A DNA stretch of 64,000 bases from Verrucomicrobiaceae bacterium (GCA_051252135.1 JBPOGH010000009.1:128001-192000), one strand, 5' to 3'; counted from the stretch's first letter, positions 47,371 to 57,175 are shown. Notes: generated by a model from the sequence alone, not told the origin. Numbers and translations are program-made.

Positions 47371-49641
47371 CTACTGCGCCGCCTCCAAACGGAAGAACAT
47401 CTTCCCCGGAACCCGACCGGCGACATTCAGCTCGACGCGTCCCATCCCCGATCCATCGGCCACACCAGTCGTGCCATTGATCGCAGTTTCCATTGTTTCA
47501 AAGCCCATCAAATTCGGGGAACTCATGACCTTGTAAGTCATTCCCGGACGTCCCTTGAAGTCGAGATAGAAGGTCGTTGCATTCACAAAACCAGATTCAA
47601 CCACCGCTAGATCTCCTATGACTCCGGCTGGTGCCACCGCGTCATTATGAAGCCCAATATAATCCACTTCCCAGTCTCCACTGAGATCAGCAGAAAAGTC
47701 ACCCAGGAGAAAACTCTCGCCTCCAAAAACCGCCGAATTCGTTCCCTCCAATCCGGCCTCACCTCCGTAAATCAGCAAGCCATCCTGCCAGACCCAGTAA
47801 CGTTGGTCAGCCGCCACATAAGCCACCCGGTAGAGACGAAACGCACTCGTATTGCTGCCCGTCACCACGGGCGAATCCCCCTCGCCAGTGCTCATCCCAT
47901 CCTCATTGATATTCACTCGAAGCGCTGGCACTCCCGATGGATTGATAAACATCCCAAAGCCTCCGAGATCAAATCCCGGTGCCCCGATCGTTCCCTCCTT
48001 CAGCCGCAGTGAAACCTCGACCGTAAAGTTTCCCGAAATCGACTCACGGCTAATGCTCCCGCCAAAATCCGTCCGGAAAAGAGCCTCCGGAATCCCCGCC
48101 GATTGATTCGAAGAAGCAATTCCACCCGCATAAATTTGTGGAATCAGCATCTCCTGATCCACCCCAACCGCCTGCGCGGAAGCCGAAAACCAATCCGTGC
48201 TTCCCGCCATATCCAAATCCTGGAAACCCGGATTTTCATTCATCTCGTAGCGAAAATCAAAGTCAGCAAAACCAAGACTGTTCGGCACTCCCTCAAAGGC
48301 CAGCGTTGTCAGAGACTCGGTCGTCGGAGACCACGCCCCTCCCGCACTGTTCTCTGCAAACACTCGATAGAAGTAGGTCGTAGCGCCCGCCAGATCAGCT
48401 ACCTCCCCTGTAAAGCTTCCCCCTTGCGCACCGAGATCGAGATTCGCATCCCATGCCCCTGCACTCGTTCCCGCATCACTCGTTCCGTAGAAAAGAGTGA
48501 TGATGGGGTCTTCATTCCCCGTATCAGTCACCTCACCCGTAAAACTCCCGATCCCCGGGCCGCTTGAGCTGCCCGCCGTCACAATAACCGATGGCTCGGT
48601 CGCAGGGGGCGTCGTAAAAGTCCCCGCCGCATCAGACCAATCCGAACCCGCTCCATTCTCCGCCAAGAAGCGGTAAAAATACGTCGTATCGCGAGTCAGC
48701 CCCGCAATCACGGCACTAAACCCACAAGCCTCAATCCCCAAAACCTCCGAACTCTCCCACGCCCCGGGATCAGTTCCACCATCAGCTTCTCCCCAATATA
48801 CAGTCAGAGTTGAAAAGTCCGTTCCAAAGGTCGTCAAATCACCTGAGACCTCAGCGCTCACCGTCGTGACCTTCGCCGCCGCAACAGTCTCCACCACCGG
48901 TGCCACTCCTGGATCAGCATTAATGATCACCTCAAAGCACTCCACCACGGTCGAGAAACTCTGCGAAGCCAGAGCGTCCCCACCAGACTCCGACCACTGC
49001 AAAAAACCAAACCTCACCTCACCCGTCGCCGCCTGAAGATTTGGCCCCGTCGGATTATCCCGTGTCAGCGCGAAGTTCGTCGAAGTCGCGTTCAACTCTC
49101 CCCAAATCCCTGTCGCGGTATTCGTCCCGGCTCCCAATTGGGAAAGGTCGAAGAGATAAGGGTCATCATTGTCAAAAGGAGCCGAGAAATTCAAAGGCCC
49201 ATTCCCCGACCAATCATTCGCCGAATGGTTCCACCGGTAGTAGCGTGTCACGCCTCCATCGGTCACCGAGATCACAGGCGACCAGTTCGGAAACATTGTC
49301 GTCTCGAAATTTGCCACCCAGTAAAACCGCTCGATGCCATTCGCCAGCGTCGCCAGATCAAGCACCGCATCATACATAAAAAGATGCCCCACCGTGTAGT
49401 TCGTGCCAGCCTCCCAGGTCAAATCAAACTCACCCTCCACCGTATCAACCACCGCCGTATTCGTGATCACATTTTCCCAGTTAAAACTATGCCCTGACTG
49501 CACCGTATCATCAAAGGCCACCGAACTCGTAATCCACTTGCTCACATCCCTCGTATCATCCCCTCCAAAAATCACTTCCCCCTGAAGAGGAGTCAGCAAG
49601 ACCATGAGCAAGGCTACCTGAAATATTGTTCTCTTCATCAT
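47371..49641 (-). CDS. Secreted surface protein with two tandem FN3-like repeats
   Basis: Signal peptide; repeats 'YWG..DGGT..GAW...TTYFYRFLAENGAGSDWS' and 'FYG..DAGT..GAW...TTYFYRVFAENSAGGAWS'; C-terminal KMFFRLE. Confidence 0.82.
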   Translation of the reverse strand: MMKRTIFQVALLMVLLTPLQGEVIFGGDDTRDVSKWITSSVAFDDTVQSGHSFNWENVITNTAVVDTVEGEFDLTWEAGTNYTVGHLFMYDAVLDLATLANGIERFYWVANFETTMFPNWSPVISVTDGGVTRYYRWNHSANDWSGNGPLNFSAPFDNDDPYLFDLSQLGAGTNTATGIWGELNATSTNFALTRDNPTGPNLQAATGEVRFGFLQWSESGGDALASQSFSTVVECFEVIINADPGVAPVVETVAAAKVTTVSAEVSGDLTTFGTDFSTLTVYWGEADGGTDPGAWESSEVLGIEACGFSAVIAGLTRDTTYFYRFLAENGAGSDWSDAAGTFTTPPATEPSVIVTAGSSSGPGIGSFTGEVTDTGNEDPIITLFYGTSDAGTSAGAWDANLDLGAQGGSFTGEVADLAGATTYFYRVFAENSAGGAWSPTTESLTTLAFEGVPNSLGFADFDFRYEMNENPGFQDLDMAGSTDWFSASAQAVGVDQEMLIPQIYAGGIASSNQSAGIPEALFRTDFGGSISRESISGNFTVEVSLRLKEGTIGAPGFDLGGFGMFINPSGVPALRVNINEDGMSTGEGDSPVVTGSNTSAFRLYRVAYVAADQRYWVWQDGLLIYGGEAGLEGTNSAVFGGESFLLGDFSADLSGDWEVDYIGLHNDAVAPAGVIGDLAVVESGFVNATTFYLDFKGRPGMTYKVMSSPNLMGFETMETAINGTTGVADGSGMGRVELNVAGRVPGKMFFRLEAAQ

Positions 49642-49786
49642 AGATAATTGGTGCGTCCAACCCAATCAGCACCCATCCTCAAAAATTCACCAAGCGATAC
49701 GACTGGTCTGAGAATGAGACCTGTTTTTAACAAAAGGCACCAACAGCATTGCCGGGCCCTTCTCCATGCCGCTAACATAAAAGACC

Positions 49787-51223
49787 ATGAAGGCATTTCT
49801 CATCAGTCTAGAGTTCCTCCTTTCGAATTTGGGGTTTGCCGCACCTGCGGACGATCGTCTGAGTGCGCGCTCCACACGGCCAAACGTCATCGTCGTCTTC
49901 ATCGATGACATGGGCTATTCCGATTTCTCCTGCTTTGGCGGCACCGTCGAAACCCAGCACATCGATCGCCTCGCCTCGGAAGGGATCAAGTTTACCAACT
50001 TCTACGTCAATTCACCGATCTGCTCGCCCTCCCGCGTTGCGCTTACCACCGGGCAATATCCACACCGCTACCGTATCACCTCCTTTCTCAACAACCGCCG
50101 GGATAACAAACGTCGCGGCATGGCCCAGTGGCTCGACCCCAAAGCTCCGACTCTCGCCCGCCAGCTTCAGAAGGCTGGCTACCGAACCGGCCACTTCGGG
50201 AAATGGCACATGGGTGGCCAGCGAGATGTCGCAGAAGCTCCCGAAATCTCAAAGTACGGCTTCCATCAGAGTTTGACAAATTTCGAAGGCATCGGCCCCA
50301 AGCTCCTTCCTCTCACCCTCAAGCCCAACCCAACAGGAGGCGATCCCATTCAAGGCCGCATCTGGGCCGATGCCGAACGCCTCGGCCCCGGATTCAAATG
50401 GATGCAGCGCTCAGAAATCACCACCGGCTTCGTCAACGAGGCCCTCAAGTTCATCGACCAAACCCAAGCCGATCAAAAACCCTTCTACCTCAATCTTTGG
50501 CCTGACGACGTCCACGGCCCCTTCTGGCCACCGCTCGACAAATGGGGAGGGAGTAAAAGAAAACTCTACCAAGGCGTTCTCGATGCAATGGACGAACAAC
50601 TCGCACGCCTCTTCAACCGCGTCCGCAATGATCCCACCCTCCGTGATAACACCATTATCACTGTCTGTTCGGACAACGGCCACGAACCCGGAGCCGGCGA
50701 ATCCCGTCCTTTCCGCGGGGCCAAGACCTGGTTGTATGAAGGTGGCATCCGTTCACCCCTGATCGTCTGGGCCCCGGGTCTCATGGCCGAAGAAAAAAGG
50801 GGAACCACCAACGTTTCCTCCGTCTTCTCCGCCATTGATCTCAACCGCTCACTCTACTCCATCACCGGAACCAAACCCTCGCAAAAACTGGACGGCGAAG
50901 ACCTCTCCCAAACGCTCCTCGGAAAATCCACCGCCTCCCGCCAGGCCCCCATTTTCTGGCGTCGGCCACCTGACCGCCCCGGCTTTAGTCATGGTTTCGA
51001 TGAGGACAACCCCGACCTCGCCGTCCGCCAGGGGGACTGGAAATACCTCGTGAATCATGACGGTTCCTCCGCCCAGCTCTACCTTCTCCCGAAAGACCTG
51101 TCCGAATCTAACAACCGTATCAAGCAACGCCCCGACCTCGCTGCCAAACTGGATAAAGCACTCCGCGAATGGAATGCCCAAATGCCGGTTGATGGATCTG
51201 ATCCCGGGTTCCCGCGCCCGTAG
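49787..51223 (+). CDS. Formylglycine-dependent sulfatase (arylsulfatase-like)
   Basis: PNVIVVFIDDMG, CSPSR, GHFGKWHMG, SDNG, YEGGIRSP. Confidence 0.93.
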   Translation: MKAFLISLEFLLSNLGFAAPADDRLSARSTRPNVIVVFIDDMGYSDFSCFGGTVETQHIDRLASEGIKFTNFYVNSPICSPSRVALTTGQYPHRYRITSFLNNRRDNKRRGMAQWLDPKAPTLARQLQKAGYRTGHFGKWHMGGQRDVAEAPEISKYGFHQSLTNFEGIGPKLLPLTLKPNPTGGDPIQGRIWADAERLGPGFKWMQRSEITTGFVNEALKFIDQTQADQKPFYLNLWPDDVHGPFWPPLDKWGGSKRKLYQGVLDAMDEQLARLFNRVRNDPTLRDNTIITVCSDNGHEPGAGESRPFRGAKTWLYEGGIRSPLIVWAPGLMAEEKRGTTNVSSVFSAIDLNRSLYSITGTKPSQKLDGEDLSQTLLGKSTASRQAPIFWRRPPDRPGFSHGFDEDNPDLAVRQGDWKYLVNHDGSSAQLYLLPKDLSESNNRIKQRPDLAAKLDKALREWNAQMPVDGSDPGFPRP

Positions 51224-51300
51224 GGAATTTTCCTGCAATAAGTGGTGATTCCAGACCTTACCCCGTAGACTCCATCCAGAGAGACCGACCGATCCATCCG

Positions 51301-52149
51301 ATGACCAAGTTTTTAAGAATCAAAGCCGCAAGCCTTCTGCTAAGCGCCCTGACGATCCTATCCGCCAGGGCCGAACTGCCTACTTTCGAAGAAGGTGTCT
51401 GGATGGGCTACTTTGCCTACAATAATGGCAAGGAGTTGCAGGTCAAAGTCAGTCATGAGGGGGATATTACCGCCTCTCCCATTGTTAAAAATGGTGAGAT
51501 CAGACCCTATCTAAGAATTCCGTATCGATTCACCGTTCGCCAGAAGCTCCCCAATGGAATCCTCCGGCCGTTGAAAGTGGACCCCAAATCACTGAAGTCT
51601 GAAAGCGCGGTCACGAGCAAACTCAGGAGTGTGGTGATCACCGGAGAAGCCGCAGGGGGAGTAACCTTTGAAATGACGATCGAATTCTCCCGCGATATTG
51701 TGCGCCTTGGCGGGCGGGTAACGGGAACGGGAAAATTGAAAAACCCGGTGAATTTCCACTACCATGCCCGACTGAATCATTTTCACGGCAACCTGCTCGA
51801 GCGCTTGAATAACGACCGGAAGAAGTTCGATGAGATTGTCGGAAAAGATTGGTTGGAGCTCTATCGTTTGGACAAAAAGAAAGAGAAGCGCCATCTCACC
51901 GATGTTTTTGAGCTTGAAGGTGCGGAGGCTCTTAATGGGCCGGGAAGTTCCAAGGTGGAGATTCAGGCATCGATCGTCGATAAGGATAAGCGGATGCTCA
52001 TCTTTGAAGCCGGTGAAGGCTCGGCGATCACCTTCAGCAAAAGAAAAAGCGGACCGATCCACGAAGGATATTTCCTGGATTGGACCTCTGACCAGACGAA
52101 GGACAAGGAGGGGAAGGCCCGCTTCACCCTGGAGATCGACGAGCTCTGA
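51301..52149 (+). CDS. Hypothetical secreted protein
   Basis: 282-aa ORF with signal peptide (..LTILSARA-E); no family recognised. Confidence 0.75.
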   Translation: MTKFLRIKAASLLLSALTILSARAELPTFEEGVWMGYFAYNNGKELQVKVSHEGDITASPIVKNGEIRPYLRIPYRFTVRQKLPNGILRPLKVDPKSLKSESAVTSKLRSVVITGEAAGGVTFEMTIEFSRDIVRLGGRVTGTGKLKNPVNFHYHARLNHFHGNLLERLNNDRKKFDEIVGKDWLELYRLDKKKEKRHLTDVFELEGAEALNGPGSSKVEIQASIVDKDKRMLIFEAGEGSAITFSKRKSGPIHEGYFLDWTSDQTKDKEGKARFTLEIDEL

Positions 52150-52161
52150 TTGGGCGCCGCA

Positions 52162-53604
52162 CTATTTGGAATCAATCCCCGCAGCACCGGGATACCAGGC
52201 GGGGAGGGGGGTGGGTTCTTGTTCGAAGATGGCGAGGGTTTCGGCGGGGACGTGCTTTTTGTTCACGATGATGGTGTAGACATGCTCGTCGAACCAGCGG
52301 TCGTAGAGGGTCCAGTTTCCTTTTTTCCCTTTGGAGTCGCCCCAGCTGTTTTCGACGAGCCATTTCACGGGCTCACCGTCCTTAAGATCGACGCCCATGA
52401 GGACCATGGCGTGATTTGAGGAACCGGCGGCGAAGTGGGAGCGTTCCGCTTTGGAGAGTTTGAGGTCGATACCGAAGAGGGTTTCGTAGTCGAAGAGGTC
52501 GATTTCCATGAGGCCATGCTCGGATGATTGATCGATGCTCATGTTGACGGCGAACCACATGGGTTCGTTGGCGAGGACGGACTTCACCGCGATTTTCTTC
52601 ATTTCAACGATGCCGATGTTGGCGAAGTTCATTTCGTCCTGCCCGGCGATATTGCGGGCGCGTTTGAAGCGGTAATGGGTGGCCATTTTCTGACTGGGGT
52701 CGTTGTAGAGGCAGACGAAGTCAGCGAGATCGACGCCGACGAATTCCCGGTAGAAGGATTTTGGGGTGTAGGTTTTTGCTTCGGTGAGTTTGTTGTCTGC
52801 GACTTCGGATTTCTCTTCTTCAGCGTCTTCGGAATCCTCGGGTTTGGCTTTGTAGCGCCATTCGAATTGGCGGGGTGGTTCTCCGAGGTTGATGGCAAGG
52901 AAGCGGTAGATTTCCTTGAGCCCGTTTTCTTTGAGCGAGCGAAGGTCTTCGAGGGTGGAGCCATTGCGATTGGCTTTGAGGAGATTGGAGGCCTGAGTGC
53001 GAAGGAGTCGGTCGAGAACCTTGTTCATGGTGCCGGTGTTCTCGCTGCTGTGGGTCTCGGGCATGGCGGAGGCGGGGACGACTCCGTATTTTTCGATCAG
53101 GCCGGTGACGTAGTTCCACCAGCCGCCATCGCCAACCATCCAGTCGTTGATGAGGAGCCATTCGCGGTCGAGGCGGTCCGCGTCCCGCAGTTCGATGACG
53201 TCTTCAAGATAGAGGTTGGATTTTTCCATCTTGTCCCAGAACTGGAGGTAGGCGGTGGAGAACTCGAAGTGGTCGAGGCCGTGTTCTTCGATGATCTTCG
53301 GGCGCATGGCATTGAAGCCGGCAAACATCCAGCAGCGTCCGGATGATTTTTGGTTGGTGATGCCCTTGGTCTTTATTTTGTGGCTGAAGTGTCCGTCCTC
53401 TCCGGCAACGACTTGTCGGTTGAGGGCGAGAGACTTGATGTCGTTGTTGGTGACGGCGTTGTGGCGGGCGAGGTCGCCGCCGGTTATTTCGTAGCCATCC
53501 TGGAGACGGTCGATCAGGTCGGGAGTGAGCGCGCCGCTTTGATCGGCACTTGCGTGGAGGGTGAGGAGTCCGGAAACGGCAAGGGTGAGGAGAAAGCGGT
53601 CCAT
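52162..53604 (-). CDS. pepC: Aminopeptidase C / bleomycin hydrolase (peptidase C1B), with signal peptide
   Basis: NQKSSGRCWMFA (Cys), NHAM (His), VENSWG (Asn). Confidence 0.92.
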   Translation of the reverse strand: MDRFLLTLAVSGLLTLHASADQSGALTPDLIDRLQDGYEITGGDLARHNAVTNNDIKSLALNRQVVAGEDGHFSHKIKTKGITNQKSSGRCWMFAGFNAMRPKIIEEHGLDHFEFSTAYLQFWDKMEKSNLYLEDVIELRDADRLDREWLLINDWMVGDGGWWNYVTGLIEKYGVVPASAMPETHSSENTGTMNKVLDRLLRTQASNLLKANRNGSTLEDLRSLKENGLKEIYRFLAINLGEPPRQFEWRYKAKPEDSEDAEEEKSEVADNKLTEAKTYTPKSFYREFVGVDLADFVCLYNDPSQKMATHYRFKRARNIAGQDEMNFANIGIVEMKKIAVKSVLANEPMWFAVNMSIDQSSEHGLMEIDLFDYETLFGIDLKLSKAERSHFAAGSSNHAMVLMGVDLKDGEPVKWLVENSWGDSKGKKGNWTLYDRWFDEHVYTIIVNKKHVPAETLAIFEQEPTPLPAWYPGAAGIDSK

Positions 53605-53855
53605 GATTTGCCCCGAGATATAGAAGTTCGTGACAGGATAACAAGAAGCAGGTTTGAAATGTGAAAGGGTCGATCCGGAGTGGTTCTGTTTTTTTGTCGA
53701 TAGTGCAAAAAGCAATCAGGGGTCATTGTTTCCTTTGCAAAATACAGGGATGGGAGAGGGGGTTCGGGCGGTCGAAGAAGCCGCGGGCCCTTTGATCCAA
53801 AAGGTTCCTGCGGAGCGGGGTTGCTGGAATGGAAAGTGCGATAGGAAGGGCACTT

Positions 53856-54356
53856 ATGGAAAAAGAAGCAGACCCGGATGTCTCGATCGGACTCGATGCC
53901 GAGAGCAGGAAAGAAGTAGCCACCATTCTCAATGAGATTTTGGCGGATCAGCACGTGCTTTATGTCAAGACGCGGAACTTCCACTGGAACTTGATCGGAG
54001 GAAGATTCCATTCGCTGCATGAACATTTTGAAAAGCTCTACACCGATCTCGCTCTGGTGATTGACGAAACCGCGGAGAGGGTTCGCATGATCGGTGGTGT
54101 CCCGACCGGATCGATGAAGGAGTTTCTCAGTGTCGCCTCACTTGAGGAATGCGAAGGCGTTTTGATCACCGGAGATGAAGCGATCGAAAACCTGCTGCAA
54201 GATCACGAATCGTGTATCCGCAGCCTGCGCAAGCGCATCTCCACTGTGGAAGATGAGTATGAGGATGTGGGAACCGCCGACTTCCTGACGGCACTCATCC
54301 AGAAGCATGAAATGACAGCCTGGATGCTCCGCAGCTATCTGGAACACCAATCCTAA
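53856..54356 (+). CDS. dps: Dps family DNA-protection ferritin-like protein
   Basis: KTRNFHWN..G..FHSLHEHFE..Y...IDETAERVRMIG; HEMTAWML. Confidence 0.95.
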   Translation: MEKEADPDVSIGLDAESRKEVATILNEILADQHVLYVKTRNFHWNLIGGRFHSLHEHFEKLYTDLALVIDETAERVRMIGGVPTGSMKEFLSVASLEECEGVLITGDEAIENLLQDHESCIRSLRKRISTVEDEYEDVGTADFLTALIQKHEMTAWMLRSYLEHQS

Positions 54357-54360
54357 GACG

Positions 54361-54801
54361 ATGAATAACCCGAAAGAAAAATTACAGAACCACCTCAATC
54401 AGGCTCTCGATCTTCTGGACCAACATACCCGGATGCTTACGGAAGATCTGGATCTCGAGAACGAGAATCTTCGAGCGCTGGTGGATGGTCGGGACGAAAC
54501 GACCCAGAAGCATCTGGCCCAATTTGGGGAGATTACCTCGAGCCTGAAAGTGACCTTGGGCGAACTTCGTGACGAAATCACCGGAGCACAGGGCGCGGCA
54601 TCCATGGTGTTGCAAGATGATCCGGCTATTGCTTCCGGCAATCCCGCCGATGCTGAAAAGTCGGAGGACGAGGAGCTGGATATTTCCGCGAAGGAGGCAT
54701 CCCACATTCGACATGACGAGCCGGTGACCTTTGCGAGTATCATCAGGTCATTGCTGATGGCTGATGAACCCGGGCAGAGGGAGAAGCGCGACGCCCTTTA
54801 G
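54361..54801 (+). CDS. Hypothetical acidic coiled-coil protein, probably co-transcribed with dps
   Basis: ATG 4 nt after the dps stop; 146 aa. Confidence 0.7.
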   Translation: MNNPKEKLQNHLNQALDLLDQHTRMLTEDLDLENENLRALVDGRDETTQKHLAQFGEITSSLKVTLGELRDEITGAQGAASMVLQDDPAIASGNPADAEKSEDEELDISAKEASHIRHDEPVTFASIIRSLLMADEPGQREKRDAL

Positions 54802-55943
54802 GAGGAGGTCTTTTCCAGTTCGGAGATGATCTTCCGAAAGCCGGGTTTGATGACGTCGAAGATCAGCCTGATGCGCTCATCGAAGTGAATGAAGGCGCTC
54901 TTGATCGAGTTAATGGTGATTTTTTCAAGATCGTGAATCGAGAGGTCAAAGGTCCGCACGGCGACCTCAAACTCCTTGGTCATGCTGGTGTCGCTCATGA
55001 GGCGGTCATCGGTATTGATGGTGACGCGGAAGCCGGCATCAAAGAAGACGCGGAAGGGGTGTTCCTCCAAGGAGGGAGCGGCTCCGGTGTGCACGTTGCT
55101 GAGGAGGCAGCACTCAAGGGGGATGCGTTGATCGAGAACAAATTGGGAGAGTGTTCCCATGGAGATGACCTTGCCATCGATGACGGTCATGTCTTCGAGG
55201 AGACGGGTGGCATGCCCGAGGCGGTGAGTGCCGCAGTATTGGAGGGCCTGCCAGATGGATTCGATGCCAAAGGCTTCTCCGGCATGGACGGTGATATTGA
55301 AGTTGGCGCGGCGTGCGGCATTGAAGGCTTCGAGATGGCGCTTGGGGGGGTGGCCGTCTTCACCACCGGCGAGGTCGAACCCGACCACTCCGTCATTTCG
55401 AAAATTGATGGCGAGTTCGGCGGCCTCAAGGGAGTCGGTTCGGTCACGCATCGCGCAAATGATGAGTCCCCAGCGGACACGGTATTGCTCTTCGCCACGA
55501 CGGAGTCCCGAAAGGACGGCGCGGACGACGGCATCCTGGGGCAATCCCTTTTGGGTATGGAAGACGGGCGCGAAGCGCACTTCGGCGTAGACGACGCCAT
55601 CGCGGTGCATGTCTTCGATGAACTCGAAGGCGACGCGCTCGAGTGCTTCGCGGGTCTGCATGACGGCGATGGTGTGGGCGAAGCCTTCGAGGTACTCGGG
55701 AAGGCTGCCCTTGTTGGCACCGCGATGGAACCAGGTGCCGAGAGTTTGGGCATCTCCCGGGGGGAGGTTTTGATAGCCGGCATCGCGGGCCAGATCGATG
55801 ACGGTGGCGGGTCGGAGTCCGCCATCGAGGTGCTCGTGAAGGAGGACCTTGGGGAGGGTACGCATGTCGATGCGGGCCAAAAGTGCGTCCCCCGTTTCGT
55901 GAATTATTGGGGAGAGTGAAGGTGTGGGCTGGCGCGAGGTCAT
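54798..55943 (-). CDS. add: Adenosine deaminase
   Basis: PKVLLHEHLDGG, YAEVRFAP, GFDLAG, TVHAGE, RLGHA, NTDDR. Start approximate. Confidence 0.93.
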   Translation of the reverse strand: MTSRQPTPSLSPIIHETGDALLARIDMRTLPKVLLHEHLDGGLRPATVIDLARDAGYQNLPPGDAQTLGTWFHRGANKGSLPEYLEGFAHTIAVMQTREALERVAFEFIEDMHRDGVVYAEVRFAPVFHTQKGLPQDAVVRAVLSGLRRGEEQYRVRWGLIICAMRDRTDSLEAAELAINFRNDGVVGFDLAGGEDGHPPKRHLEAFNAARRANFNITVHAGEAFGIESIWQALQYCGTHRLGHATRLLEDMTVIDGKVISMGTLSQFVLDQRIPLECCLLSNVHTGAAPSLEEHPFRVFFDAGFRVTINTDDRLMSDTSMTKEFEVAVRTFDLSIHDLEKITINSIKSAFIHFDERIRLIFDVIKPGFRKIISELEKTSS

Positions 55944-56169
55944 GTGGGGTTGCGGTTGGATGGGGGAGGAGGGGTTTGCTTTGGAACCGTCTAGTGGTTT
56001 CGCAGGTGAATGGTGGTGCGTCAATGATGGAGCTTGGAGTGAGAAATTGACTCGATGAGAATTTGGAATCCGGTTCTCAGGAAGGTGGTGTTTTCCCGGG
56101 ATGAGCTTCTGGAGCGCTACGAGTTTACCGGCTTTTACCTGCCGATCTCCAAGGGAGATTAGGGGGGAC

Positions 56170-56208
56170 AAAAAAACCGCCGTGATTTCCAGTGGAATCA
56201 CGGCGGTT
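56170..56208 (-). terminator. Intrinsic terminator
   Basis: AAAAAAACCGCCGTGATT...AATCACGGCGGTT. Confidence 0.85.
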
Positions 56209-56224
56209 GAGAAGAGAGATTTTT

Positions 56225-57175
56225 TTAGGGACGCTTGCGGCGGCCGAGGGCGAGGAGGCCGAGAAGGCTGAAGGCGGCTGCGGATGGCTCGGGCACGGCC
56301 ACTCCGGTGACTCCGGTTCCGGCACCGCCATCGAAGACGATCTCAAGTGGGCTGCTCACTCCGGCTGATCCGGTGAGTCCGGTGGCGTAGCTCCATTCCA
56401 CTCCGTCAACGACGGTGGAACCGCCGGCGGCGTCATGAATTTGTTTGAGGGAGTCAAAGGAGTCTCCGGTGTATCCGAGGCTGGCATCGGTTCCGACGCC
56501 GTAGAGGACCGCGATTTCATCTGCGGTAAGGACTTCGTCCCAGACCGAGATGTCATCGACGAGGCCGTTGAAAAACTGGGCGCTGGGGTTTCCGCTGGTG
56601 TTGTTGATATTGGCGGAGGTGCCGATGAGCATGCGGTTGGAGCCGGTGTTCACGGGGCGGGTGTTTGCTCCTCCGGTGATCGCGATGCCATTGTTGAGGT
56701 AGGCGAGGGCGCTTCCGGCGGTGCCGCTATCTGCGAGAGTGATGGTGAGGAGCTGCCAACCGGCTGCGACGGGATTTCCGGAGTTGGCACTTCTTCCGTT
56801 GCCGACGCCGACTTCGATTCCGCCGTTGTTGTTGTCGATATCGACATCAAATTTTGTTCCAGTTCCGTTTGCGCCAAAGGTGACGGCGGTCCTTAAGTTG
56901 GCTGTTCCGGTAGTTTGGTTGACCCAAACCGATACGGTGCGCGCTCCTGTGCCGACGACTCCGCCGCCTGCGTCGACGACGAAAAAGTCTCCGGCTCCGT
57001 CGAATTGCGCTGCTCCGCCAAATTGTCCACCGGTGGAATTGATGGTGGCGTCATTGGTGCCGACGTGAGGTGCTCCGGCGGTGAGGCCGGTAGCGGAATC
57101 GAGGTTCACATAGGTGACGAGGGCTCCTTGAAGTGGGGCTATGGTGAGAAGGACGAGAGGGGTTGAGATCTTCAT
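56225..57175 (-). CDS. LamG-domain PEP-CTERM protein
   Basis: RTVSVWV...FNGLVDDISVWDEVL; VPEPSAAAFSLLGLLALGRRKR. Confidence 0.93.
   Translation of the reverse strand: MKISTPLVLLTIAPLQGALVTYVNLDSATGLTAGAPHVGTNDATINSTGGQFGGAAQFDGAGDFFVVDAGGGVVGTGARTVSVWVNQTTGTANLRTAVTFGANGTGTKFDVDIDNNNGGIEVGVGNGRSANSGNPVAAGWQLLTITLADSGTAGSALAYLNNGIAITGGANTRPVNTGSNRMLIGTSANINNTSGNPSAQFFNGLVDDISVWDEVLTADEIAVLYGVGTDASLGYTGDSFDSLKQIHDAAGGSTVVDGVEWSYATGLTGSAGVSSPLEIVFDGGAGTGVTGVAVPEPSAAAFSLLGLLALGRRKRP

Noticed and set aside
55944..56170. Purine riboswitch upstream of add, or an 86-aa N-terminal extension
   Set aside because: The core UUUCUACC/AUAUGG consensus is absent; the extension runs through a terminator and is not ADA-like.
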